A stretch of 64,000 bases of DNA from Salpingoeca rosetta (taxonomy: Eukaryota; Protista; Choanoflagellata), in NCBI GenBank assembly GCA_033442325.1, contig JAWQFM010000004.1:1937636-2001635 (forward strand), given 5' to 3'. The notes beneath the pieces are model-generated. The model saw only the letters and a program-made list of their open reading frames with translations, was not told where the DNA came from and did no database searches. Position numbers and translations under genes: made by a program. Each line of letters begins with the position of its first letter. Positions within the stretch are counted from its first letter, which is position 1. Shown here one piece after another: positions 34,260 to 47,834 of the stretch.

Positions 34260-35898
34260 TTGTTGTTGTTGGCAATGGTGGTGATGGTGATGAGCAGGGC
34301 GGCAGCGTCGGCAAGCACAAGGGTGTTGCTGTTGGCGGGGTTGCTTTGGAGCATGCGCGCGAGATGCTCAAGGAGATGACAAAGCCGTGCGGGCGCTTCC
34401 CCGACAAGTATCTGCACAAGGAGCACTACAAGATGAGTGAGGAAGACGCCGCCCGCGTGGTGGCCGATGCCCGTGCAGCCGCGGCTGTGGAGGGCGAGCG
34501 CAACATGCGCCGGACGGTTAATCCCGGTGTCCTGCAGCGGTGGCTGGAGTACAAGAACCGCAAGGCGTGGAAGTCGGCGCGCTTCTTCAAGATCCAGTGG
34601 TTGACCGCTACTTCACGGTGGACTTCCAGGACCACTGGGTGTACGTGAGTAGAGCACGTGGGCATGCATAAGAACGACCTGCACCTGAGATTGAGCGCGT
34701 GCGGCGGGTGGTTGGACGAGCAGCGGTCGAAGTTGGAGCCACAGGCCCTCTTTGAGATTCCGGACCGCTGGGACATGCGCAAGGGCCAGCTGCTTGTTGA
34801 CGTGACCAAAGAGGTGGACCGCGTGCGCGCGCTGTTGGAGCCGCTTCGCCCCCGAAACCTGCGCGTGCAGCGTGTGCAGAACGTGCCACTGTTCAAGCGG
34901 CACTTGGAGAGCGTGCACCGGGTGTACTGGCGGCCCGCGCCACCAAAAAAAAAAACCTGTCCAACGTCATTGCGCCGCTCTCTGGCGACGATGACTGCAA
35001 CGTGTTTGAGCACCGCCTGCTGCACGGCATCTGCAGGAGGGAGCTTGGTCTGACCATCAACTACGCCAGCGTGGAGGGCTACTTTGGCTCGGGCTTGTAT
35101 TTCAGCGGCGACCCGTCGTTTGCTGTCAAGTGTGGCCACCACGAGGGCAGCGCAACAGACAAGCACGACACCACCAGCGAGCGGCGCGTGTATGTCGATG
35201 TGTCGACGCCCCAGCCGAATGACGTTGCTGTTGGTTCTGCTGATCATGGTGTCACTGCAACTGCTGTTGCTGCTGCTCCTGCTCGCCATGGTGCTGACGA
35301 GGGAGAAGGAAGTGGCCGAGTTGCCGCTGGTGAAGAGAGTGAAGGCACCTCGGGTGGTGCTGAGGGTGCTGGTGGATGCACAACTGCTTCTGCTGGGAGC
35401 GTGTTATACGATTTCGTTCGCGCTATCGACGGCGATACAGAGATGTTTGTCATCTACGACAACGGCATGTGCTACCTGGAGTACATCATCTACTTTGACG
35501 ATGATGCTGTTGATGTGGAGGTGGAAGTGGACGGGGACGAATCAGAGGATGTGGAAGAAGAAGTAGTCGCGCCAGTTGTCGGGGAAGGGGAGAGTGATGA
35601 TGACCGTGGAGATGATGCTACTGCGGACGTGGAAGATGCTGGAGCGAGGGGCATGCGACTCACGGCTGGGAGTGAGGATGGTCGTGGTGATGCTGATGGT
35701 GATGATGGTCTGCCACGTGATGGTGGCGAACAATTACAACGACCTCCATCATCCCACAGCGATGTTTCTGGTGATGATGCCGTCGCTGAGAACAACGGCT
35801 ACGGGGTGAACGGAATCAGAGGTAGCCCTCAAGACAACAACAGCCCCAACAACAACCAGAACAACCACAACCTGAACATTCTTGGCAATGCCAGCTAA
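30110..35898 (+). pseudogene. Disrupted PARP14-like gene: RRM-like x2-3, KH-like array, macrodomain, split WWE, ADP-ribosyltransferase domain
   Basis: RFVSRESAELMVRLYDQREVLDTKLNV (RRM-like); EARVTTSG..HVLHVVAPNF..LKTAY..IRSLATCALGCGAF (macro); TWLY..WNGF..LIENAF and RYFTVDF (WWE); IPDRW, VQRVQN, LLHG, YFGSGLYFS, YDFV, EMFVIYDNGMCYLEYII (ART); many frameshifts and stops. Confidence 0.8.
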
Positions 35899-36194
35899 CT
35901 TATCTGTCTCAGGCTTGGCTATAGTCAGTCGCTGCTGGTGCCTTCTTGAAGGACTAAGCTAGGCTAGTGACAGTTGGGTTGGTTTGGTACGCCAGTTTGG
36001 TTGTCTTGCGGTATCGACGGTTGCGGAGTGGTTGTTTCGTAGCAGGTGTTGTTTGAAGTGGGTGGTGTTGGCCTGTTTTGCATTTGTTCTCCCCTTTCAA
36101 GTTTTGTCTGCTTCTTTGGTGGTGTTGTTGTGCAAGACTGCACAACGTCGTTTGTCATGTCACACAGTCCTGGCAGCCAACCAAGCTCACGTTT

Positions 36195-36284
<90 letters not shown>

Positions 36285-36844
36285 CGATCTTTGAACCATC
36301 TTACCTGTTCTTCTTTGTCGTGTCTTGTGTGAGTGAATACATGCTCGCACTCGGCGCATTTGTTCTTGGTTGAGAGTGCGCGTTGCTGACAAGCTTAACC
36401 GTGGCAGTTGTTGTGAACTAAACTGATACACCTGTGTGAGCGAACAATGAAAGTAGAGTGCGTGAGTGGAAGAGAGGGTGGGGGTGTAAATATGCGGTTG
36501 AACCCGTGTTGAACCCCCAATGTTGATGTAACGTGGATGGAAGTTCATTGGCTTGCGTGCTGATGATTCGAAGAACTGTGATTGCCTTGTTGTCCTGAAA
36601 TTGTTGCCTCTACACCAGCATGAACACTACGTGTTCCACAGTCTTGGAACAGCTTCTCCCGCCATCGCAATGCATGTTCTCGGTTGAGTGGGGTCGTTTC
36701 AATTGGAAGTAAAAGAACGATGAGCAGCGTCAGGTGCACAGGATGCAGTCACAGGGGTGGAAGAAGGAGAAAGATGCAGAAAGGACGCACACCCTCACAC
36801 AAGCGCAAACGCACATGCACAGACATGTGCACGCATCGAGCACA

Positions 36845-38113
36845 TCAGCATCCAGGGTCAATGACAAGCACGGACTCGGCATTGTGTGGAATGCTGTAGA
36901 CGAGGCCGTTTGGAGCGAGCACACCATCAAACCACTTGTAGAATCCAGCGAGGTCGTTGATGGTTGTCATGTCGGTGGCATTAGTGGTTGGATCAACGAA
37001 GAGGACTGAAGCAGAGCTGAATGGAATACCGACAATTATGCCATTACGTGCAAGCACACCGCCCGCCCACTTGGCAGAGCCCGTTGCATCTACAACAAGG
37101 AGCTCGTCGGTGGCGTTGGTGGCCGGGTCAATGACAAGTGCCGTGGCAGAGAACGCTGGGATGGTGTAGATGAGCCCGTTCTCTGCAAGCACGCCACCAT
37201 ACCACTTGTGGCTTGAGCACAAGCCACTGATGGTGGTGAGGTCCATTGCCAAGAACTCTGGATTCACTATGAGAACAGAAGAAGTTGATCTGGGAATGCA
37301 GTAGATAAGGCCGTTGCCTGCCTGCACGCCACCGTACCACTTGAGTCCCTGGCTTGACAGCCCAGACAGTGTGGTGTTGTCTGCTGTGTTGGTCAGTGGA
37401 TCAATGATCAGTACAGACGTGGCAAAGTACGGGATGCCGAAGATGAGGCCGTTGCTGGCCACAATGCCACTTAACCACTTGAAGGTGCCGGTACCAAGCG
37501 AGTGAACGCTTGATGTGTCAACCTCATTGGTGTCTGGGTTGACGATCAGCATCGTCTCCCTGTCTGAAGGGAACATGTAGATTCGGCCGTTGTGTGCCAG
37601 TGTAGCACCCGCCCACTTGCGTATGTCAGTTCCGAGTTTGGACATGGTGGTCGTGTCGACGGTGTTCGTGCTGGGGTCGATGATAAGCACGGAAGGCGAG
37701 TACCAAGGCGCAGCGTAGATCAGGCCGTTGTTGGCCAGTACACCCCCAAGCCACTTTGCGCTCATTGATCCGAGCTGGCCAAACGTGCTGGCGCTTGGAT
37801 TCACCAATGAACAAAGCCGATGACGCTGCAGAGCGTTGGTGTTCTTCTGTGCATTGATCGTGTTCTGCTGCGCCGACACAGTGCTCATCAACATGCTGAG
37901 CGTCTCGTGCACGTTCACGCCGTTCACAAACACGGGCTGCCTCATTGGATCGCTAGTGTTGATGTGAAGCGCGCCCGCATCATCCTCCACCATCGTCACT
38001 TCTCCAACAACGCTGCTGATGAGCGGCATCCAGCACACTGCAACCGCCACCACCACCAGCACGGGTAGCAGCAACACCCCACGTGCCTGCAGGCACCCCA
38101 TCCTCCTCACCAT
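36845..38113 (-). CDS. Secreted coiled-coil + seven-repeat beta-propeller protein, copy B (intronless, 422 aa)
   Basis: Same architecture as copy A, shorter coiled coil, 7 KW-initiated repeats, ends DPGC. Confidence 0.87.
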   Translation of the reverse strand: MVRRMGCLQARGVLLLPVLVVVAVAVCWMPLISSVVGEVTMVEDDAGALHINTSDPMRQPVFVNGVNVHETLSMLMSTVSAQQNTINAQKNTNALQRHRLCSLVNPSASTFGQLGSMSAKWLGGVLANNGLIYAAPWYSPSVLIIDPSTNTVDTTTMSKLGTDIRKWAGATLAHNGRIYMFPSDRETMLIVNPDTNEVDTSSVHSLGTGTFKWLSGIVASNGLIFGIPYFATSVLIIDPLTNTADNTTLSGLSSQGLKWYGGVQAGNGLIYCIPRSTSSVLIVNPEFLAMDLTTISGLCSSHKWYGGVLAENGLIYTIPAFSATALVIDPATNATDELLVVDATGSAKWAGGVLARNGIIVGIPFSSASVLFVDPTTNATDMTTINDLAGFYKWFDGVLAPNGLVYSIPHNAESVLVIDPGC

Positions 38114-38640
38114 ACAAGCAGAGAAGAAGAGGACAAGGAGAGAAGAGGAGAAGGAGAAGTCAGAAGTTCAGGGTGCCTCCTTCCTCCTTCCTCGTTCGTG
38201 GTGTCTGTTTGCAGGACAGGCGCAGCACCAAGAGAAGGAAGACAGGATTGGTTGGTTGCTGTTGTTTGTTTGTGGCGTTTTGGCTGGTTGTTGTGGTTGT
38301 GGACGATTGTTGGGAATCGTGCATTGGATTTCCAGCCACACACAAGCAAGTTCACTGTTGTGTGTGTTGTTGTTGTGGAAAGGAAGCACGTTGAAACGCA
38401 TCCATCCCTTGAGACAGCCTTCCATCCATCCCTCAGCCTTCCATCCATCAGCCTTGCCTTCATCAGCTCATGACTGGACCAACAAGGACAGAGCACACAC
38501 GGCACGCGATGTCGGTGTCTTGCTGTGTTGCACCCCCACCACAGCTGCATCACGAAGTGCAGAAGAAGGGTGTGAATTGAACACATGTCAAGGAGACAGG
38601 CAGTTGTGACCGAAGATGACCTGTTCATGCAAAGGTGTGT
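36845..38640. repeat. ~1.8 kb direct repeat copy B
   Basis: Aligns by eye with 26885-28700 at an offset of ~9950 nt. Confidence 0.93.
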
Positions 38641-39229
38641 GTGCGAGGTCATTCCGTTGCATTGCATTGCATTGCATTCCATTGCTCAACCTTGGCTGCG
38701 CAACACACGTAAACACATACGCACACATACTCCACACACTGCTTCATATGACACGTGCTCACACCAATCTGCCTCTCTTCCATCACCCCCAGCTTGTGCT
38801 GGAGCACCTCACCTCCTCTCGCGTCTGGCATCGTGTCTGACATCGTGTCGTTCTCGTCCCCCCACCCCCGCCTTCGATCCGCTCCCTCGTGCCTCTGTGA
38901 ACATAGTGTCCATGCAGACAAGGACGCACACAGGTGCACCTGATGCACGCACGTGATGGAGCTGTCCCTCTCTGTCCAAGACACTCCCCAGCCACTGCTG
39001 CCGATACCATCAGAAGTGTGCCCTTCCTCCCTCCGTCTGGTTGGCACCAGCATGCATGCGCACAGCGCCTCCTCCTCCCCACCAACATGGCGCTTCTCCT
39101 TCACCAGGACAGGTGAAAATATGCGCGATGTTGAGTGTGGGCCAGCTGTCCTTGCCAGACCGTGGATGGACGAACAGGAGAACAACGTGAACCCGTCTGC
39201 TGCTGCATGTGGCCACTTGGCTCCACGAC

Positions 39230-40708
39230 CACAACAACAACCATGGCAGCCTCCTCAACGACATGTGGCTCGTGTGCCCAGGGCAATGCGGCCATCGTAT
39301 GCGACAGCAGTGTGTCGGGCCAACGGTGATCAAGACCACACTCATGATCGAACACAAGGCGGTTGCTGTCGAACATCTTGCGGAGGTGTCACCCGATGAG
39401 CTGCCAGACATTGTACGCGACGGGCGGGTACTCCGTTGAAATCGCCTCACCGCCACAGCAGCGTGAGTAGGAGCAGGCTGTTGATGAGGTACCCACGAAC
39501 CCACTTCAGCTACGAGCACACCTGAGAAGGGGGAATCGGCGCCTTCCGGCAAGCGCCAACACGCTGTTGCCGACACTCTTCGGAAACCATCGCCCCACCC
39601 CAGCACAACAGCAGCTCCTCACGCCTCTGACAACACCGACACCGAGTAGCAGGTGCGTGCACTCTATGTGTGTGTGTGTGTACATCCTCACTTCGACACC
39701 TCCTTACTTCCACACAAAATTCTCGCTGGTACACACTGCATCTACCACTGCGCTGCACTACAGGCATGTCGTGCGCCTCGTGCGTGCCCAACATTGAGAG
39801 CGCATGCCCGGCGTGCGCAGCAATGTGTCGTGTGGGCCTGCTCGCTGGCACCGCGACGGTGAAGCCCTGCACCCATCATCGCCAGCATCGGCAAGGTAGG
39901 ATACAAAGGCCCGCGAGGAAACGCATACACCAGCAAAAGGCATGACGTACCTCAGCATAAGGTATGCGATGTGCGCGGCACTGCATCTCTGCTTGTCTCT
40001 TTTGCTTGCATGCACGCGTGGTTGCTTGCATGCACGCATGCGTGCCGCCACTTCAACCTCTCACCCTCCTGCTGCTGCTGCTGCTGTTGTTGTTGGACAT
40101 GCATGACAGGCGATGCTGAGGGCTCTGCCTGGTGTTCAAATGGTGCAGATTGATGGTGCGTCGGGCCTTGTGGAAGTGAAACACGAGACCTACGGGAAAT
40201 GGTCACACGTGCGTGCGTGCGTGTGTGTGTGTTTGCACTTGTACGTGTCGCTTCGTCTCGTTGCTTCTCCACTCCCTCCTCCAACCGAATCCCTCCAACT
40301 GACTCTGTGTCTGCCCTTGCTACCACGCCTTCTTGCCACCCACCACCACTTGCTCACAAGAATGCTCTGTGTTATGCGCTTCACACAACACCCATTTGTG
40401 ACAGCAGCGCTCGCTGAAGGATCACAGAATATGCAGCAGAGCTGGATCACGAATCGCCACCACCCACAGGAGCGAGATCCGCTTCTGCCCCATCACCTTC
40501 ATCGTGTGCACCACCGTGTTTCTTCGTCGCGTCCATCATCATGGCCGTGTGTGGCCGGACTTCTGGGATGCGCGCATGATTGACGGCATGTCGCGACGCA
40601 TAACCCCATCCTCATGCTGCTTGGCGTGGTCGCCTTCATTTCCCGGTTGGCCGTTTTCTCGTCTCCGTGGCGCAGTCCACCATGTACGGCATTGCCAACA
40701 TGAATGTG

Positions 40709-40778
<70 letters not shown>

Positions 40779-42950
40779 TTTGTTGCGACCACTTCCGCGT
40801 GTTCTCTTCAAGTCCACCCCTGCAGTAAATGAGAGAGCGTTACACGTGCCTTCTTTGCTCACGTTTGCATGCGTGCACGCATGTCGCTGATCCACATGCA
40901 CTTGCGCTTGCGTTGTTTGAAATCCACCACATACCTGCGTACCTGTACTTCCTGGTGGTTCTCATTGTTGCAGCCACCTCCCACGAGTACTTTGACTTGT
41001 GGTGGTGGTGGTGGCGACCTCTTCTTTGAGACCGGCATTCTCCCTCTTCACCTTTGTGTCGCTCGGGCGGTACATCGAACACCTCGCCAAAGGCAGCACC
41101 TCCAGCCTGCCGAAGGAAGATATAGTCAAGGCAACCGCGTGGAGGAGCGAATTGACACGGAGCTCGTGCAGCGCGGCGACAACATGAAGGTGCGTGATGA
41201 GGGGTTTGGGAGTTGGAGTTGGTGGTGGTGCTTACATGTGGTGGCGGGTGATGGCGGGTGGTTGGTTATACCTGCAGCAGCAGCAATGTGGCAGTTGTTA
41301 CAACCCTCAGGTGCGGTTGTAGCAGCCGCCCGACAATGCACTGTCATTGCATCTCGTTCATCTTCCCTCACGCTCTTGGTTGCAGATGGTGGCTGGCGAC
41401 AAAGTGCCTGTGGATTTGATGGACGCGTGCTGGGAGGTGCAGGTGAAATGGACGAGGCCATGATCACGGGGCGAATCAACACTCGTCTCGTCTCCAAAGG
41501 CGTTGATGACATTGTCATCTGAGCGGCACCATGGTGCATCGTTTTGAGGCCACGCATGTTGACACCGAGAATGCACAGCTGTCAAAGGCGCCCATCCAGC
41601 AGGTGTGTATGTACTGGTTTATTGGGGAAAACTCGCTGAAATCTTACACTGTTCCCAGCGCTCAGAGGTGGGGAAAGCAATTGCGGCAAACAAAGGGCAA
41701 CAGTGTGCATGGGCGAATGTACTGGATACGACACGCTACCACCGTTTCACACGTGCCTGTCAATGTTTCTGCAGACGTTTCCACTCTCACACATACCCGC
41801 TCACCCTCCCCTTTCGCTTCCCTCCGTGTTCTTTCCCAGACAAGCTGGCGGGGCGCTTTGTGTCAGGCATCGTGTTGCTGTCGGTGTGTGGGTTGCGCTG
41901 CTAACCTCGGGTGCCGCTGACACATTGGAGCCCACGTTCGGTGTGTGTGTGTGTGTGGTGCTTCGTGCTGGTGCTTGCGAGTCGTGGTTAGAGAACACTC
42001 ACACACTCACTCACTCACAACTCCATGCCCACACTCACCTACTCACCCACACATACACACACTCTCTCACACACCCACTCAACTCCCCCTCCTCACAGGC
42101 CGTGTTTGACAAGACGCGCACGCTGACGGTTGGATCGCCAAAACTCGCGCGCGTGCTCGTTGGTGATGACACGTGGACGGAGGAGGACGCCCTGTGAAGC
42201 TGGTGGCGGCTGCAGAGGCAAACAGCGAACATGCCCCTGGGCCAGGCGATTGTGGCGCACGTCGGCGCTGTCTCCCGCAACGGACTTCAAGACATTCTCT
42301 GGTCGGAGCATCTCAGCAACCATGGACAGCAAGCATATTGTCATTGGCATGCACATTGTGATATTGGCATGCCCTTTGTGTTATTGGCAATCCAACGCCA
42401 TCAGCGGCAAATCGCGGCAGACGATGCACGAAGATGACGAGACGCGTGGCTACACGGTTGTTTCGTGCTCGGCAGACGGCAAGCTTCTGCCTGGATTACG
42501 TGGGGTCTCGCTGACACGTGCAAGCTCCAAAGGCGAAGAGGGCGGTGCACCTGCTGCACCAGCACGGCCTGACCATGGCCATGCTCACGGGCGACAAGGA
42601 GGGCACTGCGCGGTCCATTGGAGACAGAGGTTGGCATCGACAACGTGCTCGCAGCAGCGTGCAGGAGCTGCAGGCGCAAGGGGGAGGTGGTGGCGATGGT
42701 TGGCGACGGCATCAACATCGAGTCAGCGGATGTCGTTCTGATGATCAAGGACAACCTGCTTGCTGGAGGTGTTTCTGGCCATGCACCTGTCGCGTGCGGC
42801 CGTGCACCGCATCCACTACAAGGTTCATCTGGGCCGTGTGGTCTACAACGCAACCGGTGTGTGCAGGTGGTGAACGCGGTGACGGGTGCGCTGCCGTTGC
42901 CTCCTTGAGCAACTCCGCTGACGTTTGTGGCTTCGTGGCTTTGCGGAAGC
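39230..42950 (+). pseudogene. Copper-transporting P1B-type ATPase (ATP7-like) pseudogene
   Basis: HMA remnants TCGSC and GMSCASCV; FTFVSLGRYIEHLAKG; LVQRGD; DEAMITG; KAPIQQ; VFDKTRTLT (DKTGT mutated); AEANSEH; MLTGD; VAMVGDGIN, scattered over frames with stops. Confidence 0.88.
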
Positions 42951-43449
42951 AGCCATCGACTGGTACTGGCAAATAGCCACCTGTCCAACGACCCCAACGA
43001 TGAGTGCACACGATCCGCCAAAGCACCAGCGTCCACGTCTCGGAGATCCAATCCATCGCAACAGCCACCACTTTGTCACCTTCTCTTGTGCTCCTGTGGC
43101 ATCATTTTGGCGAGGGCGATGGCTTCATCGGCACCATCAGCATGTCTGCGAGCGGAGATCAGCACCTGCTTTTGTCAGAAGGCCGGCAGTTTTGGCGGCG
43201 TACAGCCTGACCTCCTCCTCCTTCTCGCTGCGCGTGTCCCTGATCCACAGCCCCCTTGCAGCAGGGCACTCGTACTCGCTGCCGGATACGGTGGCGCAAA
43301 TTGTTTGGGACTTGGACAAGCCCTTGTCGTGTGGCCGCTCTGCCGCCCCTCGTTTGGTGGTCAGCACGATCGATCAGAGGCAACAGCGGGGGTGTGCACA
43401 AGCTCCGCAATGGTGAGCGTGTCCTGAGCGCGTACGCCCTGGAGCAGTG

Positions 43450-45150
43450 AAACATGACATCTGTTGTCATTGTTCTGTGGAGCACGCGAGGATGGCAGCC
43501 CTCACACAGCACAACGCCGGCCAGCCCAAACTTCGAGTCAGCCACTTGGACACACGACGCCAAGCACGTTCTCCCGTGTGGCCGAGCTTCGCGGTGCCGG
43601 CTGCGTACGGTGTACTCACAAGCTTCAACAAGGTCAACACAACGGCCGTCACAATCCGCCCTGTTGGCCATCTAGATTGACCCAAGACACGATGCCTGGC
43701 GCCGTTGCCCTTGTCACCCACCACGCCGAGGCGTCGCTCGAGCTCCCCCATCGCACGTGTCCAATTGACTTGAGCAGCGTTGCTAAGCTGCAGCAAGCCC
43801 TGTGCATGTTCGCTGCCACCGTGAGCACTGCCGTGGAGGATGCCGAGACACACACGCCACCGCCTCTGTTGTCGTTTGCGGCCAACAAGGCCCGCCACGC
43901 GCCCTCACTCCGCGCCATCTTCAGCACCACCAGCGTGTCCTGGCTCGACTGCAGCACAGAGCAGTTCATCGTGGACAAGGTGTGTGAGTTCGCCAGAGCC
44001 TTCTTCAACCCTAGCGATGACAAGCCCTGGCAGGGAAGCCCTGGTCACTGCGCGCGTCGTCCCTGACGCACACCTTCGTGACAGACGTCATCCTGCTTGT
44101 GCGCACGTACACAAGCGAGCTTGCGCTTGCGACCTCCACCGCCGACAAGCAGTACAACCACGAGCAGCGAGCATGATTGTCTCACTGAGTCAGACAGGAC
44201 ATTCATCAGCGAGATGAGCAGCCGCGCGTTTTGGCACAACCTGCTGAAGTTGTCTGGTGAATTGGCCAAAGTTGAGGACGCTGGGGCGTGCGTGGTGCCA
44301 CTGGTGCGTGCTGCTGGCTTTGTGAATGTGTCCAGTCGACGGGCGATGTGGAACTGTTTGGCTGCTCATGAGCGCCAGTTTCCTGTGGGAGGCGGCGTGG
44401 TACATGCTCACCGTCGCCCTCATCATCACCGCGTCAGTGGCAAGAACGTGGCCCAGCTGCTGCTGGGAGTTGGTGAAAACAAGTCGGTGGTGATCATGCT
44501 GGTGCTGGGTGTGCTGGCTGGTTGTGGACATGGTGCAGGAGGTACGGCAGTCAAGGCTGGTTGGAAGTAATAGATGTGGTGCTGGTGTTTGCGGTGCGTG
44601 GCACGCACTCTTCTAAGTGCGTACTCTTCTCAGCACGCACTCTTTCCAGCACGCACACACGTTCCTTTCCACTGCTGTACCACCTGCAGCCGTTCCAGCC
44701 AGCGCATGATCCTGGCCATCTGCCTTGACATGTCCTACTTCCTGCTCTGCTCGTCCTCGGCATCAGCAATTTGGCTGGGTGGACGGCGTTCCGGTTGCTG
44801 CTGCTCAACGACAACACACTGTCGGCCAACGGCCTTGCTGCTCGTGTTCAACAACATGCTGCTGTGGATACCTTTGATGGTGGCTACAGTGGTGGTGCTG
44901 GCTGCTGCGCATCCTGTGTGTCATCTCCATGGTGCTGAACCGGCTGATTGCGCTCACGTCGGACGGTGCAGACATTGAGTTCCAGCTGCTACGTGGCTGA
45001 CGCAGGAGGAAGAGGAGGATGGATGTGCGACGCTTTTTTCAAGTTGTGGCTGCAGCGTGCTGTGGGAGGGTGTGCTGTATGCGCTGAAGAAGGAGATGCA
45101 ACACAGCGCGTGCAGAACAACGTTGCCGACCATCATCGAATGAAACGTGA
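43450..45150 (+). pseudogene. Unidentified decayed coding sequence, possibly a multi-pass membrane protein
   Basis: Coding-like composition without microsatellites; broken ORFs with hydrophobic stretches (VVIMLVLGVLAG, LLLVFNNMLLWIPLMVATVVVL); no family recognised. Confidence 0.3.
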
Positions 45151-45307
45151 CATGCCTTGAAGTTGATGGTGTTGTGTTGGTTTGTCTTTGCGTTGGTGTT
45201 GGTTTATTGCTTGCACTTTGCGTCGTTCCAACCCCCACAATACATGCATGCTGAAGACACGTTCACAACTTCGTACACAAAACGAGCAAGCGAGTGCGCA
45301 TGCACAA

Positions 45308-47130
<1,823 letters not shown>

Positions 47131-47343
47131 GTTGACACGGAAGAAAGGACAGTGAAGGGCGAGAAAGTGGAAGAAAAGAAAAAAGCACAACAACACACAA
47201 GAAAACCCAAACAATACACAGGGAAGGAAAGAATTCCCAGTTTTGCTGGCTTTATTTCCTTCTGCACAAACACTTTCCTTCCTCGCTTTCACTTGCCCTG
47301 CGATGATTTGCTTTGCAAGAGAAGGAAACCCATGACACTTTTG

Positions 47344-47665
47344 GGGGATTTTAAAAAAATATTACCGGTGACCATTGCTAAACTACGGTTGTGAAGTGAG
47401 CATTGCCGGTTCGTGACCACGCGCAAAAGCTCGAGGCGTGTCCACTAACCCTAAAATCGCATGCTGTGAAGCCCTACCCCCGCTAACCGCTACGCTCGCT
47501 CCGGCATCGCTGCGCTCCCCTAACCAGATTTGTCGCACAGGGTTTTCCCTAACCGGCGGCTGCGCCGCCGTTGCGCTGCCTTGACACATGCAAATTCCGA
47601 AACGGTAGAAGCAAAAAAACATTGGGAATTTAGCGAGCGCCTGCGGTAAAGTTGCAATAATCCCC
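47344..47665. mobile_element. 322 bp non-autonomous DNA transposon (MITE; hAT- or MULE-type TSD)
   Basis: Flanking direct repeat CACTTTTG at 47336-47343 and 47666-47673; termini GGGGATT...AATCCCC with further imperfect inverted matches (TTACCG, GCTAAA). Confidence 0.8.
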
Positions 47666-47834
47666 CACTTTTGGGAGCACATGCAAGTGGATTTGGCAAG
47701 CAAGGCTGCAGAAGAGAGAACACTTTTCCGTCGCATGTTGTTGTGTGCAAATCTGGTGAGACATACGACTTTTTTTTTTTGTGTGAAATGACACAAGCAC
47801 AACCCACATCCACCTCAGCTCAGAGAAAGACAGG

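Noticed and set aside
32960-34426. 488 aa minus-strand ORF with poly-Ile
   Set aside because: Antisense of the PARP14-like region and its GAT repeat
47445-47554. Interstitial telomere or telomerase RNA template near TERT
   Set aside because: Only isolated CTAACC motifs, lying inside a TSD-bounded MITE; proximity to TERT is probably coincidental
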